Assembly: GCF_029212575.1 (NCBI RefSeq)
Contig: NZ_JARGPK010000035.1
Span: 7,089-71,088 of the forward strand
Length of the DNA stretch: 64,000 nucleotides
Source: Antarcticimicrobium sp.
GTDB lineage: Bacteria; Pseudomonadota; Alphaproteobacteria; Rhodobacterales; Rhodobacteraceae
Reading direction: 5' to 3'
In this document: positions 42,619 through 52,495 of the stretch, one piece after another
Numbering within the stretch: the stretch's first letter is position 1
How the letters are laid out: each line of letters begins with the position of its first letter
The notes under the pieces: model-generated
Database searches by the model: none
What the model was told of the DNA's origin: nothing
Seen by the model: only the letters and a program-made list of their open reading frames with translations
Position numbers and translations under genes: made by a program

Positions 42619-42909
42619 TCAGCCACGATACGCGTTGAGCATCTGTTCGATATTCGCACCCAGTCCGAGCCCGCCGCGCTCGGACAGTTTCTCGGCAAGG
42701 GCCTGCGACATGAAGGAGCGCCAGATCTCGGCTCCCTGCCCACCCGAGACGGGCCCGTAGTTGATCGTGCTCATCATCTCATCGACGAACTGGCTCAGGA
42801 ACACGGCCTCGAATTCACGCGCCAGCCCAGCGTTCCGGGCCTTGTCGGCAACAGAGGCATCGCCTTCGACAGGGACCGGCAGCCCGGACGGGATAGGCGG
42901 GGAGGTCAT
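42619..42909 (-). CDS. flgJ: Rod-binding protein (FlgJ N-terminal domain only)
   Basis: 96 aa. AREFEAVFLSQFVDEMM ... WRSFMSQALAEKLSERGGLGL. No muramidase domain. The start overlaps the flgI stop. Confidence 0.8.
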   Translation of the reverse strand: MTSPPIPSGLPVPVEGDASVADKARNAGLAREFEAVFLSQFVDEMMSTINYGPVSGGQGAEIWRSFMSQALAEKLSERGGLGLGANIEQMLNAYRG

Positions 42910-44039
42910 CAGATGATCTCCAGGTCCGCGTGCAGCGCGCCCGACGCCTTGATCGCCTGCAGGATCGAGATGGTCTGACGCGCGCCGACGCCGATCGCGT
43001 TCAGCCCATCGACCAGATCCTGCAGGCTGACATCGCCCTGCAGGATGGTGAACTTGCTGTCACGCTCTTCCACGTCGATGTCGGTTTCCGGCACCACAAC
43101 GGTGGTGCCGCCGATGCTGATCGGGTTCGGCTGGCTCACGTTGTAGCGTTCGCGCACCCGCACCGTCAGCCCGCCCTGGCTGATCGCAACCTGCCCGATC
43201 CGCACGTTCGCCCCGATCACGATGGTTCCGGATTTCTCGTCCACGACGACACGCGCGGTGCTGTCGGGCTGGACGGTCAGGCTTTCGATCGCGGCGACGG
43301 TTTCGGCCACGTCGCCCTTGCCCGGCAGGCGCACTTCGACGGTTCCGGGATCGAGCACCCGCGCCGACCCCGCCCCGAGCCGGTCGTTGACCGCATCCCC
43401 GATCCGCGCCGCCGTGGTGAAGTCCGGCACCGCCAGTGCGATGCGGAAACTGTCGAGTTCGCGCAGCTCGAATCCAACCTCGCGCTCGACGATGGCGCCG
43501 CTGTCGATGCGGGCGATGGTCGGAACCCCCTCCTGCACGCTGCCGGCGTTGCCCTGCGCGAGAAAGCCAGACACCGCCACCGGCCCCTGGGCCACGGCAT
43601 AGACCTCGCCGTCGGCACCCGACAGGGGGGTCACCAAAAGGGTGCCGCCCCGCAGGCTGGTGGCGTCACCGAGCGAGGCGACGTTCACATCGATCGGCGC
43701 GCCGCGCCGGGCGAAGGGCGGCAGCTTCGACGTGACCATGACCGCCGCGGTATTCTTGGTTTTCAGCAGGTCGCCGTCGAGATTGGCGACGCCCAGCCGT
43801 TCCAGCATGCCCTTGACGGCCTCGCGCGTGAACGGGCTGTTGGTCATCCGGTCGCCGGTTCCCAGAAGGCCGACCACCAGACCGTAGCCGATCAGGTGGT
43901 TTTCGCGGACCCCTTCGAAACTGGCGATATCCTTGATCCGGACATCTGCACCGGCGGGGCACGCAAGCAAAAGCGCCGCGCCCATCGCGACCGCGCCCAG
44001 TCCGTTCGCCAGAGACCCAAATACAGACATCGACCTCAC
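42909..44039 (-). CDS. flgI: Flagellar P-ring protein FlgI
   Basis: 376 aa with a signal peptide. RIKDIASFEGVRENHLIGYGLVVGLLGTGD. Confidence 0.93.
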   Translation of the reverse strand: MRSMSVFGSLANGLGAVAMGAALLLACPAGADVRIKDIASFEGVRENHLIGYGLVVGLLGTGDRMTNSPFTREAVKGMLERLGVANLDGDLLKTKNTAAVMVTSKLPPFARRGAPIDVNVASLGDATSLRGGTLLVTPLSGADGEVYAVAQGPVAVSGFLAQGNAGSVQEGVPTIARIDSGAIVEREVGFELRELDSFRIALAVPDFTTAARIGDAVNDRLGAGSARVLDPGTVEVRLPGKGDVAETVAAIESLTVQPDSTARVVVDEKSGTIVIGANVRIGQVAISQGGLTVRVRERYNVSQPNPISIGGTTVVVPETDIDVEERDSKFTILQGDVSLQDLVDGLNAIGVGARQTISILQAIKASGALHADLEII

Positions 44040-44196
44040 CCCTGGTCCTTAAAGAAAACCCTAGCGGTTTGTTTTTGCCAAGTCCATATACAGTTGCTTC
44101 TAAACTTGCCGGTTGGTAACTTTATTATTGAACTACCTGCCTTTCCTTGGTAGCAATAATGAATAGCGATGAATAGCAGCGGGAACGGAGGTGTTC

Positions 44197-44949
44197 ATGC
44201 GCGCCTATGTTTTCGAACCACGCGAGAAACGGCAGGCTTCTCTGGCCGCCGAACTTGAGAACGCGGGTGTCGAGCCTCTGTTCGTGAGCGAGGATTTCTT
44301 TGAGACCGGTCTGGTTCCCTTGACCCAGCCGGGAAACGAGATCCGAGCGATCCTGATCGGAGAGTCCGACAACACGCACGCCCAGATCCGAACCATCCGC
44401 AGGGCGGGCTGCGCAAATCCGGTGATCGTGCTGCGCGACTTTCGCAACTCCCAGGATACCTCGGCAGCCCTTGATCGGGGGGCTGATGACGTCATCGTCA
44501 GCCCGATCAAGGGCAGCGAGGTCGTCTCGCGGATCAATTCCATTGTCCGCCGGTTTCACGGCCATGCCGCCGAAAGTGTCGAGGTCGGCGAGTTGACCGC
44601 GTTCTTCGACGGGCGCGACCCCATCGTTTCCGGGGCCCGCATCAAGCTGTCGAAGCGCGAGCATTCGATTTTCCAGCACCTTGCGTTGAACTCCAACAAG
44701 GTGATCTCGAAAAATGCCATCTATGACGCGGTCTATGGCATGAGCGCGGACCAGCCCTTTGACAAGGTGATCGACGTCTACATCTGCAAGCTGCGCAAGA
44801 AGATCGCCGCCGCCGCGATCAGCGGGTCGCAGTACATCGAGACCATTCATGGCCGCGGCTACAAGCTGAGCGCGCCAGAGGAAATCGATCTGGCATCGCC
44901 CGAGCAGCAAGGCCCGGCGCAGGCGCGTATTCTTGAGGCCCGCGCCTGA
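44197..44949 (+). CDS. OmpR-family winged-helix regulator with degenerate (pseudo-)receiver domain, FtcR/Rem-like
   Basis: C-terminal wHTH KLSKREHSIFQHLALNSNKVISKNAIYDAVYG...IDVYICKLRKKI...IETIHGRGYKL. In the receiver region, the acidic pocket, phospho-Asp (ILIGES), Thr and Lys positions are all substituted. Confidence 0.8.
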   Translation: MRAYVFEPREKRQASLAAELENAGVEPLFVSEDFFETGLVPLTQPGNEIRAILIGESDNTHAQIRTIRRAGCANPVIVLRDFRNSQDTSAALDRGADDVIVSPIKGSEVVSRINSIVRRFHGHAAESVEVGELTAFFDGRDPIVSGARIKLSKREHSIFQHLALNSNKVISKNAIYDAVYGMSADQPFDKVIDVYICKLRKKIAAAAISGSQYIETIHGRGYKLSAPEEIDLASPEQQGPAQARILEARA

Positions 44950-44958
44950 CGGGGCAGA

Positions 44959-46041
44959 TCAGAGGAAATTCAGCAAGGTCAGTTGCGACAGGCGCGCGGT
45001 CACGCTGTAGCTGGCCTGCAACTGGGTCTCCAGGCTTGATACCATCGCGGCCGCCTCGTAGGGATCGACGTTCTCGTAATTGCCGATCTGGGTCCGCTGC
45101 ACCAGCGAGATATCGTCCAGCTGGGTCTGCGCCTTGGCCACCACCTGCTGATTGAACCCGATGCTTGCGGCGGTGCTCAAAACGCCCTGGACACCACCGC
45201 TGAGCGCATCGTTCACGGCCTCCATCCATCTTGCATAGGTGGCCTCGTCCTCGATCTGGCTGACGTCTGCGACCGCAAGCATGGCAAGCCCCTTGATCGT
45301 ATCCCGGAACGCCGGGTCGTTTGCCTGGACGCCATAGGCCAGTTGCTGCCCTTCGTTGATCCGCGCCGTCACCCGGGTATTCGGATCACCGCCGGCATCC
45401 TCCAGCGGCGTGCCGTTGAAAAAGCTGGCCTCGTAATTGCGATCGGGGTCAGCGGTGTTGGTAGAGGCGAAGAACGCATCGATCTCGTCGATCATCGCCT
45501 CGGCCTCGGCCAGGGTCGTCGGACCGGATCCGACGATCTCGGACAGGATCTGTTCGGGCGAAAGCCCCGTGTCTGGATTGGCCGCGTCCCAACGGGTCAG
45601 CGGCGCCTTGTCGCTTGCGGTTCCGGAAAACAGGTGATCGCCGTTGTAGCTTATATTGAGGGAGCCGATGACGCTTTCCAGCGCCGCGCGCGACTCGGAT
45701 TGCAACGCATTCGCCCCCGTCGTCGGGCGCGAGGCGTTGATCAATGCGTTCTGGAGCACGTCTTCGGAACTGGTTCGGGTCGCATCGATCGAGGCCAGCA
45801 TCGCCTCCAGCTTGCTGTCCAGCACCTGGTTCACGGTAAGGTAGGTCTGCGTGTTCTCCTCGCGGGCGCGCAGGGTCAAAGCGATCGAGGCACGTGGCCC
45901 CAGTTCGGCGAACAGATCGGCCTTGCGCCCGGTCGCCAGCTCCTGGCCGGCGTTTTGCAGCTGCTCGGTCACCCGCGCCACGTGCTGGCGGTTGGTGAAA
46001 TTCAACTGCATCGAGGAGATACCGCTTATGTTCCAGCTCAT
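44959..46041 (-). CDS. flgL: Flagellar hook-associated protein 3 FlgL
   Basis: 360 aa with flagellin-like termini, directly downstream of flgK. Confidence 0.8.
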   Translation of the reverse strand: MSWNISGISSMQLNFTNRQHVARVTEQLQNAGQELATGRKADLFAELGPRASIALTLRAREENTQTYLTVNQVLDSKLEAMLASIDATRTSSEDVLQNALINASRPTTGANALQSESRAALESVIGSLNISYNGDHLFSGTASDKAPLTRWDAANPDTGLSPEQILSEIVGSGPTTLAEAEAMIDEIDAFFASTNTADPDRNYEASFFNGTPLEDAGGDPNTRVTARINEGQQLAYGVQANDPAFRDTIKGLAMLAVADVSQIEDEATYARWMEAVNDALSGGVQGVLSTAASIGFNQQVVAKAQTQLDDISLVQRTQIGNYENVDPYEAAAMVSSLETQLQASYSVTARLSQLTLLNFL

Positions 46042-46050
46042 GTGCTACCC

Positions 46051-47463
46051 TCAGACCGCGGCCAACAGCGTATCGAGCATTTCCGCCACAGCCGTCAACA
46101 TCTTGGAGTTGGCGGCATAGCTCTGTTCGATCAGCATAAGCTTTTGCAATTCCTCGTCGATACTCACCCCTTCGACGTTCTGTCGCGACGCCTGGACCAT
46201 CTCGGCGGCCGACCGGGCCGCGTTGTAATTGTTTTCGACCCGCGCGCGCTCGGCCGATTGGCTCGAGATCATCTCGGCGGCGAAGTTCGCCACCGAGACC
46301 CCGGCATAGAGCCCGGTGGCCGGATCGGCATCGACCGGGCCATCGAGCGCATCGATGAACCCCTGGATCTGGGTCGCGTCCGCCGCCTCTCCCGGGGTGG
46401 CAACTGACATTCCGTCCCGGATGCGCCAAACCTCGCTGGCGCCGGAGCGGCTGACCGCATCGTTCACCCGTAACCGGCTGGCCAGCCCATCCAGGCTGGC
46501 GGCATCGAAGGCGCCGCCATTGTCGGTGAAAAGGCCGGCCTCGCCCGGCGCGAGCGAGGCATCGGCATCCTCGAACGCCTGGATCAGACCGCGCGCGTAT
46601 TCGTCGAGCTGGAGCTGAAACCGCGGCAGGATCTCGCTGTGCAATTCTGCGTATCCCGCAAGGCTGCCCTCATCGATACCGCGGACACCCTCCCGTCCAG
46701 GGGTGATTTCGGTCCCGCCCGCGAAGAAACGCCCCTCGCCGGGCGAGTATGTGACATCCTGGACCTGATCCCCTTCAAGAAGCGCCGCCCCCCCGGTCGT
46801 GTAAACGCTGACCTGGCCATCGGAGTTTTCCGTTACCCGTATCCCGACGATCTCCGCAACCCGATCGAGCAGCCCATCCATCGCGTCCGCCGCCTGTGCC
46901 GCCTCCATGGTGCCGGGACCGAAATCGCGTTGCCTGCTGTTCAAGTCAGCGAGATCGTACAGGGCCTGGTTCAGATCGGCGACCTCGTAGCGGATCTCCA
47001 TGTCCACTTCGACCCGCAGCCCGCCCAAGGTGTCGCTGGCCCCGCGGATCGACGCGGCGAGGTCCTCGGCGGCGTAGACGGCGGCCGATTGCGCCCCCGC
47101 CGAAGACGGCATGTTGACCAGGGTCGTCATCGCCGTGTTGAAGGACGAGAACTTGTCCGCAGGCGACAGCCCGTCGCCGGGCTGACCAAGATAGAGCGTA
47201 TAGCTGTTCAGCCCGTCGTTGATCGCCTCCTGGTGGGCCATCTTGCCGCTTTCCGCGCGCGCCATGCGAACCAGCGCCGCATCGACGTCCCGGCGCACCT
47301 CGGACACCATCGAGCCGCCGGCGCCGGTCGTGACGATGACCGCTTCGCGCCGGACAAATCCCGGCGTCATCGCGTTCGCGATGTTGTCGGCCGTGATCCG
47401 TGACTGGGTCTGCGTGGTTGCCAGACCCGTCGCTGCCGTGTTCAGGGCACTGGATAGACTCAT
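46051..47463 (-). CDS. flgK: Flagellar hook-associated protein 1 FlgK
   Basis: 470 aa. MSLSSALNTAATGLATTQTQSRITADNIANAMTPGFVRRE and C-terminus MLIEQSYAANSKML. Confidence 0.9.
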   Translation of the reverse strand: MSLSSALNTAATGLATTQTQSRITADNIANAMTPGFVRREAVIVTTGAGGSMVSEVRRDVDAALVRMARAESGKMAHQEAINDGLNSYTLYLGQPGDGLSPADKFSSFNTAMTTLVNMPSSAGAQSAAVYAAEDLAASIRGASDTLGGLRVEVDMEIRYEVADLNQALYDLADLNSRQRDFGPGTMEAAQAADAMDGLLDRVAEIVGIRVTENSDGQVSVYTTGGAALLEGDQVQDVTYSPGEGRFFAGGTEITPGREGVRGIDEGSLAGYAELHSEILPRFQLQLDEYARGLIQAFEDADASLAPGEAGLFTDNGGAFDAASLDGLASRLRVNDAVSRSGASEVWRIRDGMSVATPGEAADATQIQGFIDALDGPVDADPATGLYAGVSVANFAAEMISSQSAERARVENNYNAARSAAEMVQASRQNVEGVSIDEELQKLMLIEQSYAANSKMLTAVAEMLDTLLAAV

Positions 47464-47490
47464 GGGTTATCCCCTGGAGGCAAGCTCGGA

Positions 47491-48792
47491 TCAGCGTTTG
47501 AGCTGCGCGGTCTCGCTCATCATTTCATCCACCGTAGTCACCACCTTGGCATTGGTGGAAAACGCACGCTGGGCCTTGATCAGGTCGGTCATTTCCTCGG
47601 CAATGTCCACGTTGGAGCCCTCCAACTGACTGGAGCTGATCGCGCCCGTGGCCCCGGTATTCGCCTTCATCGCCAGGAAGGTGCCTGTGTCGACGGTCAG
47701 CCCGTAGGCGTTCCCGCGCATCTCGTAGAGCCCGTGCGGGTTGGCGACCGTGGCGACCGGGATCTCGTAAAGCGCCCGGCGCTGACCGTTGTCGAAGATG
47801 CCGTAAAGCACGCCATCCTCGTCGATCTCGGTCCGGATCACCTCGCCGACGCTGGATCCGTCGCGGGTGAAGGTCTGGCTGAAATCGCCGGCGAACTGGG
47901 TCACGCCGTCGAACTTGTCCGGGGAGCCGAGATTGACGGTGATCGTCTGCGGGGTACCGCCGCTGTCCACCGTGACCGTGGCCTTGCCAGTGGCGGTGTC
48001 AAAGGCAAATCCCGCCGGTGCGGTCGCGGTCGAGGTCACACCGGAATAGGCCGATGGCGACCCGGCCAGAGAGCCGGAATCGTTGAAATCGACGGTCACC
48101 GTTCCCAATGCGGTTCCATCCTTGTCGCTGACCGTCACGTCCCAGCGGTTGTCGGTCGCGGTCGGCTGCCAGGAAAAGCTGAGCCGTTCCGAGGCGCCAA
48201 GTGGGCTGAAATACTCCGACGAGGTGGTGAACGGCGCGCCGGGCGTGGCCAGGCCCGCCTCTTGCGCAGGCAGGTTGCCGACGGTCGAGATTTCGGTGGT
48301 CGCCGCCGCGGAAAGAGTGATGTTGCCGATGTTCACCGTCTCCATGTCGCCGAAGGTGCCGCGATCGACATCCGGAAGCGTTCCATCGAGATCGTACCGG
48401 TAGCCGGCCAGGTAATACCCGGCGGCGTTCACCAGGTTCCCGTCCTTGTCCGGCAGGAAGGACCCCGCGCGCGTCAGCATGTAGTTGGTCTGCACCGTCT
48501 CGTCCGGGCGCAGCGAGACGGCGAAGAAACCGGCGCCGCTGATCGCCAGGTCGGTCGAGGAATCCGTGGGGATCAGCCCGCCCGCGTGGGTGATGTCCAT
48601 GGCCTCGACGGCGCTGACGGACAGCACGCCGTCGGCGGCGCCGCCTGAGGCCGCCGTGGTGACGAAATGGGAAAACCCGCGCTTGTAGCCAACCGTATTG
48701 GCGTTGGCGATGTTCTCGGAAATTCCGCCGACGGCCTTGGAATTGGCCTGTAACCCGCTGACTCCGATCTGGAGTGCGCTCGAAATGCTCAT
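47491..48792 (-). CDS. flgE: Flagellar hook protein FlgE
   Basis: 433 aa. SSALQIGVSGLQANSKAVGGISENIANANTVGYKR ... LEGSNVDIAEEMTDLIKAQRAFSTNAKVV. Confidence 0.93.
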   Translation of the reverse strand: MSISSALQIGVSGLQANSKAVGGISENIANANTVGYKRGFSHFVTTAASGGAADGVLSVSAVEAMDITHAGGLIPTDSSTDLAISGAGFFAVSLRPDETVQTNYMLTRAGSFLPDKDGNLVNAAGYYLAGYRYDLDGTLPDVDRGTFGDMETVNIGNITLSAAATTEISTVGNLPAQEAGLATPGAPFTTSSEYFSPLGASERLSFSWQPTATDNRWDVTVSDKDGTALGTVTVDFNDSGSLAGSPSAYSGVTSTATAPAGFAFDTATGKATVTVDSGGTPQTITVNLGSPDKFDGVTQFAGDFSQTFTRDGSSVGEVIRTEIDEDGVLYGIFDNGQRRALYEIPVATVANPHGLYEMRGNAYGLTVDTGTFLAMKANTGATGAISSSQLEGSNVDIAEEMTDLIKAQRAFSTNAKVVTTVDEMMSETAQLKR

Positions 48793-48968
48793 GACCGTCG
48801 CCTCTTATTCTTGTGTTGTCTTGTTTTGCTACAAGGAATACACGAGCCCGCTTTAAGGCGAGTTAAAGATTTAACAAAAACCAAAGTACCCGCGAAGGAC
48901 CAGGCAAGTACTTCTTACCCGATTTCCGCACCGCATCCGGTCGTTGGAGCCATGGCTAGCCCAAGATA

Positions 48969-50789
48969 TCAGAGCCCCTCCCCTCCGCCGATCGTGCCGA
49001 CCGCCCTTTCCGCGCTTTCAAGGCGGGTGTCGGCGGCCTCCCGGCTGAGCGGCGACAGCGGCGCCGGGGTCTCGATCAGGCTTGCGGCGACGTTCACCCA
49101 GGTCGCGGAATCGGTCAGGCCCGGAAACGCTGCCACGACCTCGCCCGCGGTTGTCTCGTCACCGGACTTGCGCGCGGCCAGCAGCAAGTAAGAGGCATCG
49201 CGCGCGGTGAATTCCTCGGGGAATGTCGATCGCAACCGCCGGTAGAACACGATCGCATCCTCCCAGCGCCCGTCCTCCCACAGGGCAAGGGCGAGATCGC
49301 GCATCCCTGCCGCATCAGGATCGGAAACATATGTGCCGCGCACCCCGCTGAAATCTCCCAGTTCGGCAAGGACGCTGGCCTTCAGCGCGTTCACGCCTTG
49401 ACGCTGGTCGGGATTCTGCGGCACCTCGATCCCGTCCAACACATCGCGTGCCTCGGAAAAACGGCCGCCCCGCGACAGGGCGCGCGCCAGCTTCAGGCGC
49501 AGGCGCACAAGGCGCTCCGGGTCCGCGGGCTGCCCCGAGACCTCCTCCAGTTCCTCGACCAGCGAGATCGCCCGACGATACTCGCCCTCCGCCAGGTCGG
49601 TGCCCCCAACCTTCAGCGCATAGTCCGCGAGCGTCTCGGAATGCAGCGCGAATTCCGGGAAGTACCGGAAAAGCGGCACAAGGCTCATATGGACCGGCAG
49701 CCATTCGGCGAGAGGCAATTGCCCTTCGGCCCCCTCCCGGTAGGCAGTCGCCATTTCGATACGGGCCTGATCCGCCGCCTTGGCCGCCGCCTCGCTGCCC
49801 GGAAAGCGCGACATCAGCTTGCCGTGGGCGACCACCGCCGCGAACGGATCGCCGGTTGCGGAATAAAGACCGCCAAGCCGCAACAGGAGATCACGCTCAT
49901 ACTGGTCGCCGCGCCAGGCGCCGGCCCCGTACTCCAACACATCCCGCGCCGCCAGCAGCGCACCGCGCCCCCCGTCGGCCAGGGCCATGTCGGCCAGCGC
50001 GAGCCGCGCCCGCGCCGCGTAGAGATCCCATCCGTCGCTGGCCGCGAAGTAGCGCTCCAGCGCCGTTCGAGCCTGCCCGAGCACCTCTGCTTCCCGCCCA
50101 CGCAGGAAATGCCCGACCGGCGCGCCTGACAGATCCGGGAAATCCTCCAGCAGCGATACCGCCTGTTGCGCAAGCCGCACCTCGCCGGCCTCGACCGCCG
50201 CCTCGGTAAAGATCGGCAGGACGGCGCGCACGATCGGCCGGGTTTGGAACTCTAGCGCCTCAAGCGCGCCCGCCAGGTTGTTGCGCAGCATCACCTCGTC
50301 GCCGGTGGCGATCGCCTGCAGCGTCAGCCACATGCCCCTGTCAGGCCGCACCGGAGCCACCAGCGGCGAGCTGCCAATCTCCGACGCCGCCTCGCCCTGC
50401 AACAGCAGAACGGCGTCGCGCATCGCGCGCCATCGCCGCTTGTCACGCGGCGTCACGGCCTCCACCCCGTCCAGGATCGACCCTGCCTCGTACAGCAGGG
50501 CGTGCCCCAGGTAGAGTTCCGCCATGTCGAGGAAGACGCGCGGGCGCTCGGGGCCATGCGCGGAGCTCAATGCATCGATCCGTTTCGTCACGATCCGATG
50601 GAACCCATCGGCGGGCCAGCGGCGCAGATCCATGTCGGCCCGCCACCCGTCACCCGGCCCAGGGCGTGCTGCCACGATCAGTTCGACCGGCGTCGGCGCA
50701 TTATGTGGCGCGCCCGCAGCCAGAACCGCCCCGCCGGCGAGCAAGCTCGCAAAGATCACCGCGGCCCTCATCGGCTCTCTCATGAACAT
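48969..50789 (-). CDS. Secreted all-helical TPR-like protein of unknown function in the flagellar cluster
   Basis: About 606 aa with signal peptide MRAAVIFASLLAGGAVLAAGA. Ala/Leu/Arg-rich helical repeats run throughout. The start is ambiguous (ATGs at 50789, 50783 and 50771). Confidence 0.65.
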   Translation of the reverse strand: MFMREPMRAAVIFASLLAGGAVLAAGAPHNAPTPVELIVAARPGPGDGWRADMDLRRWPADGFHRIVTKRIDALSSAHGPERPRVFLDMAELYLGHALLYEAGSILDGVEAVTPRDKRRWRAMRDAVLLLQGEAASEIGSSPLVAPVRPDRGMWLTLQAIATGDEVMLRNNLAGALEALEFQTRPIVRAVLPIFTEAAVEAGEVRLAQQAVSLLEDFPDLSGAPVGHFLRGREAEVLGQARTALERYFAASDGWDLYAARARLALADMALADGGRGALLAARDVLEYGAGAWRGDQYERDLLLRLGGLYSATGDPFAAVVAHGKLMSRFPGSEAAAKAADQARIEMATAYREGAEGQLPLAEWLPVHMSLVPLFRYFPEFALHSETLADYALKVGGTDLAEGEYRRAISLVEELEEVSGQPADPERLVRLRLKLARALSRGGRFSEARDVLDGIEVPQNPDQRQGVNALKASVLAELGDFSGVRGTYVSDPDAAGMRDLALALWEDGRWEDAIVFYRRLRSTFPEEFTARDASYLLLAARKSGDETTAGEVVAAFPGLTDSATWVNVAASLIETPAPLSPLSREAADTRLESAERAVGTIGGGEGL

Positions 50790-50930
50790 TCCCAACTGTC
50801 CTTGGGTTTTGCCAAATACATCTTGCCATAATTCTTATATTGATGGATAGTTTATCATGCAATAATAGGAATGATACACGAAATCGTGTCGCTTATACTT
50901 GCCGACGCGTTTTGGGATACGGAACCAGCC

Positions 50931-51668
50931 ATGAGCAACGCCGATTACGTCTCCCTTTCCCTTGCCTCCGCCTTGCAGCGCAGCATGGACATGGCGGCGA
51001 ACAATATGGCCAATGCCTCGACCGCCGGCTACAAGACCATGCAGCCGCTGTTCGAGGCCGTGCAGCCGGAAGGAGCCGAGGACGGCGCGACCAGCTATGT
51101 CGAGGATCGCGGGACCTACCTTGATGCCAGCCAGGGCGCTTTTATCGCCACCGGCAACCCGCTTGACATCGCGCTGTCCGGCCCCGGCTGGCTTTCCTAT
51201 CAGACCGATGCCGGCGCCACCGCCTATGGCCGCGACGGCCGCCTCACGGTCAATTCTGACGGCCAGCTTTCGACCCTTGCCGGTGCGCCCGTGTTGAACC
51301 CGGGCGGCGCGCCGATCACCCTGCCGCAAGCCCTGGGAACAGATGTCACCATTTCCAGGGATGGCTCGATCACCGATGCGGAGGGGGCGGAGCTGGGGCA
51401 GATCGGGATCTTCCGCATGCCGGACGTCGATATGCTCGTCCCGATCGGCAACGGCTTGTACCTTTACGGCGATGCCGGCGCCGAGATCGGCCCGGGGACG
51501 GAGACCGAGCTGGCCCAGGGGTTCATCGAACAAAGCAACGTGCGGCCGGTGATCGAACTGACCCGGCTCATGGATATCCAGCGCGCCTATGAACGCGCGG
51601 CCAAACTTATGGGCGACAGCAACGATCTGACGCGGCAGGCGATCCAGCGCCTTGGCCGCGTGGTCTGA
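50931..51668 (+). CDS. flgF: Flagellar rod protein FlgF
   Basis: Start trimmed to MSNADYVSLSLASALQRSMDMAANNMANASTAGYK. C-terminus QGFIEQSNVRPVIELTRLMDIQRAYE. Confidence 0.9.
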   Translation: MSNADYVSLSLASALQRSMDMAANNMANASTAGYKTMQPLFEAVQPEGAEDGATSYVEDRGTYLDASQGAFIATGNPLDIALSGPGWLSYQTDAGATAYGRDGRLTVNSDGQLSTLAGAPVLNPGGAPITLPQALGTDVTISRDGSITDAEGAELGQIGIFRMPDVDMLVPIGNGLYLYGDAGAEIGPGTETELAQGFIEQSNVRPVIELTRLMDIQRAYERAAKLMGDSNDLTRQAIQRLGRVV

Positions 51669-51703
51669 GCCGCCGCTTTTCGAACAACGGGGAGGACCCG
51701 AAA

Positions 51704-52489
51704 ATGAAGGCACTAGGAATCGCGGCGACCGGGATGCTGGCCCAGCAGACCAATGTCGATGTCATCGCCAACAACATCGCCAACGCCAATACCACAGGCT
51801 TCAAGAGCGGTCGGGCGGCGTTCCAGGACCTGATCTACCAGTCGGTGCACCAGGAGGGCGCGCTGACTTCGACCGAGGGCACATCGCGCCCGGTCGGCAT
51901 GAACGTGGGCCTGGGCGTGCAAAGCGCCGGGGTGATCCGCCTGAACACCCAAGGCGGGCTGTCGCAGACCGAGAACCAGCTTGACCTCGCCATCGAGGGG
52001 CGCGGCTTCTTCGTGGTCAACCGCCCCGACGGCACCCAGGCCTATACCCGCGCCGGCAGCTTCCAGCTCAGCGCCGAGGGCCAGATCGTCACGCTGGACG
52101 GTTACGAGATCGACCCCGGCATCAACGTGCCGGAAAACACCCGTCAGATCGCCATCAACCAGCAGGGCGTCGTCATGGCCTATGTCGACAGCGATCCCGC
52201 CCCGGTCGAACTGGGCCAGCTTACCATGGCCACCTTCCTCAACGAGGCGGGGATGAAGCCGATCGGGAACAACATGCTGGAAGAGACCACCGCCTCGGGC
52301 GACCCCGCGCTGGTAACCCCGGGCGAGCCGGGCGTCGGCATCATCCGGCAGGGATACCTCGAGAACTCCAACGTCAACATCATCCAGCAGATCACCGACC
52401 TGATCTCGGCCCAGCGGGCCTATGAGATGAACTCCAAGGCGATCGAAACCGCCGATCAGATGCTCTCTACCGCCAACCAGATCAAGTAA
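51704..52489 (+). CDS. flgG: Flagellar distal rod protein FlgG
   Basis: 261 aa. GMLAQQTNVDVIANNIANANTTGFK ... GYLENSNVNIIQQITDLISAQRAYEMNSK. Confidence 0.95.
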   Translation: MKALGIAATGMLAQQTNVDVIANNIANANTTGFKSGRAAFQDLIYQSVHQEGALTSTEGTSRPVGMNVGLGVQSAGVIRLNTQGGLSQTENQLDLAIEGRGFFVVNRPDGTQAYTRAGSFQLSAEGQIVTLDGYEIDPGINVPENTRQIAINQQGVVMAYVDSDPAPVELGQLTMATFLNEAGMKPIGNNMLEETTASGDPALVTPGEPGVGIIRQGYLENSNVNIIQQITDLISAQRAYEMNSKAIETADQMLSTANQIK

Positions 52490-52495
52490 TCCGTA

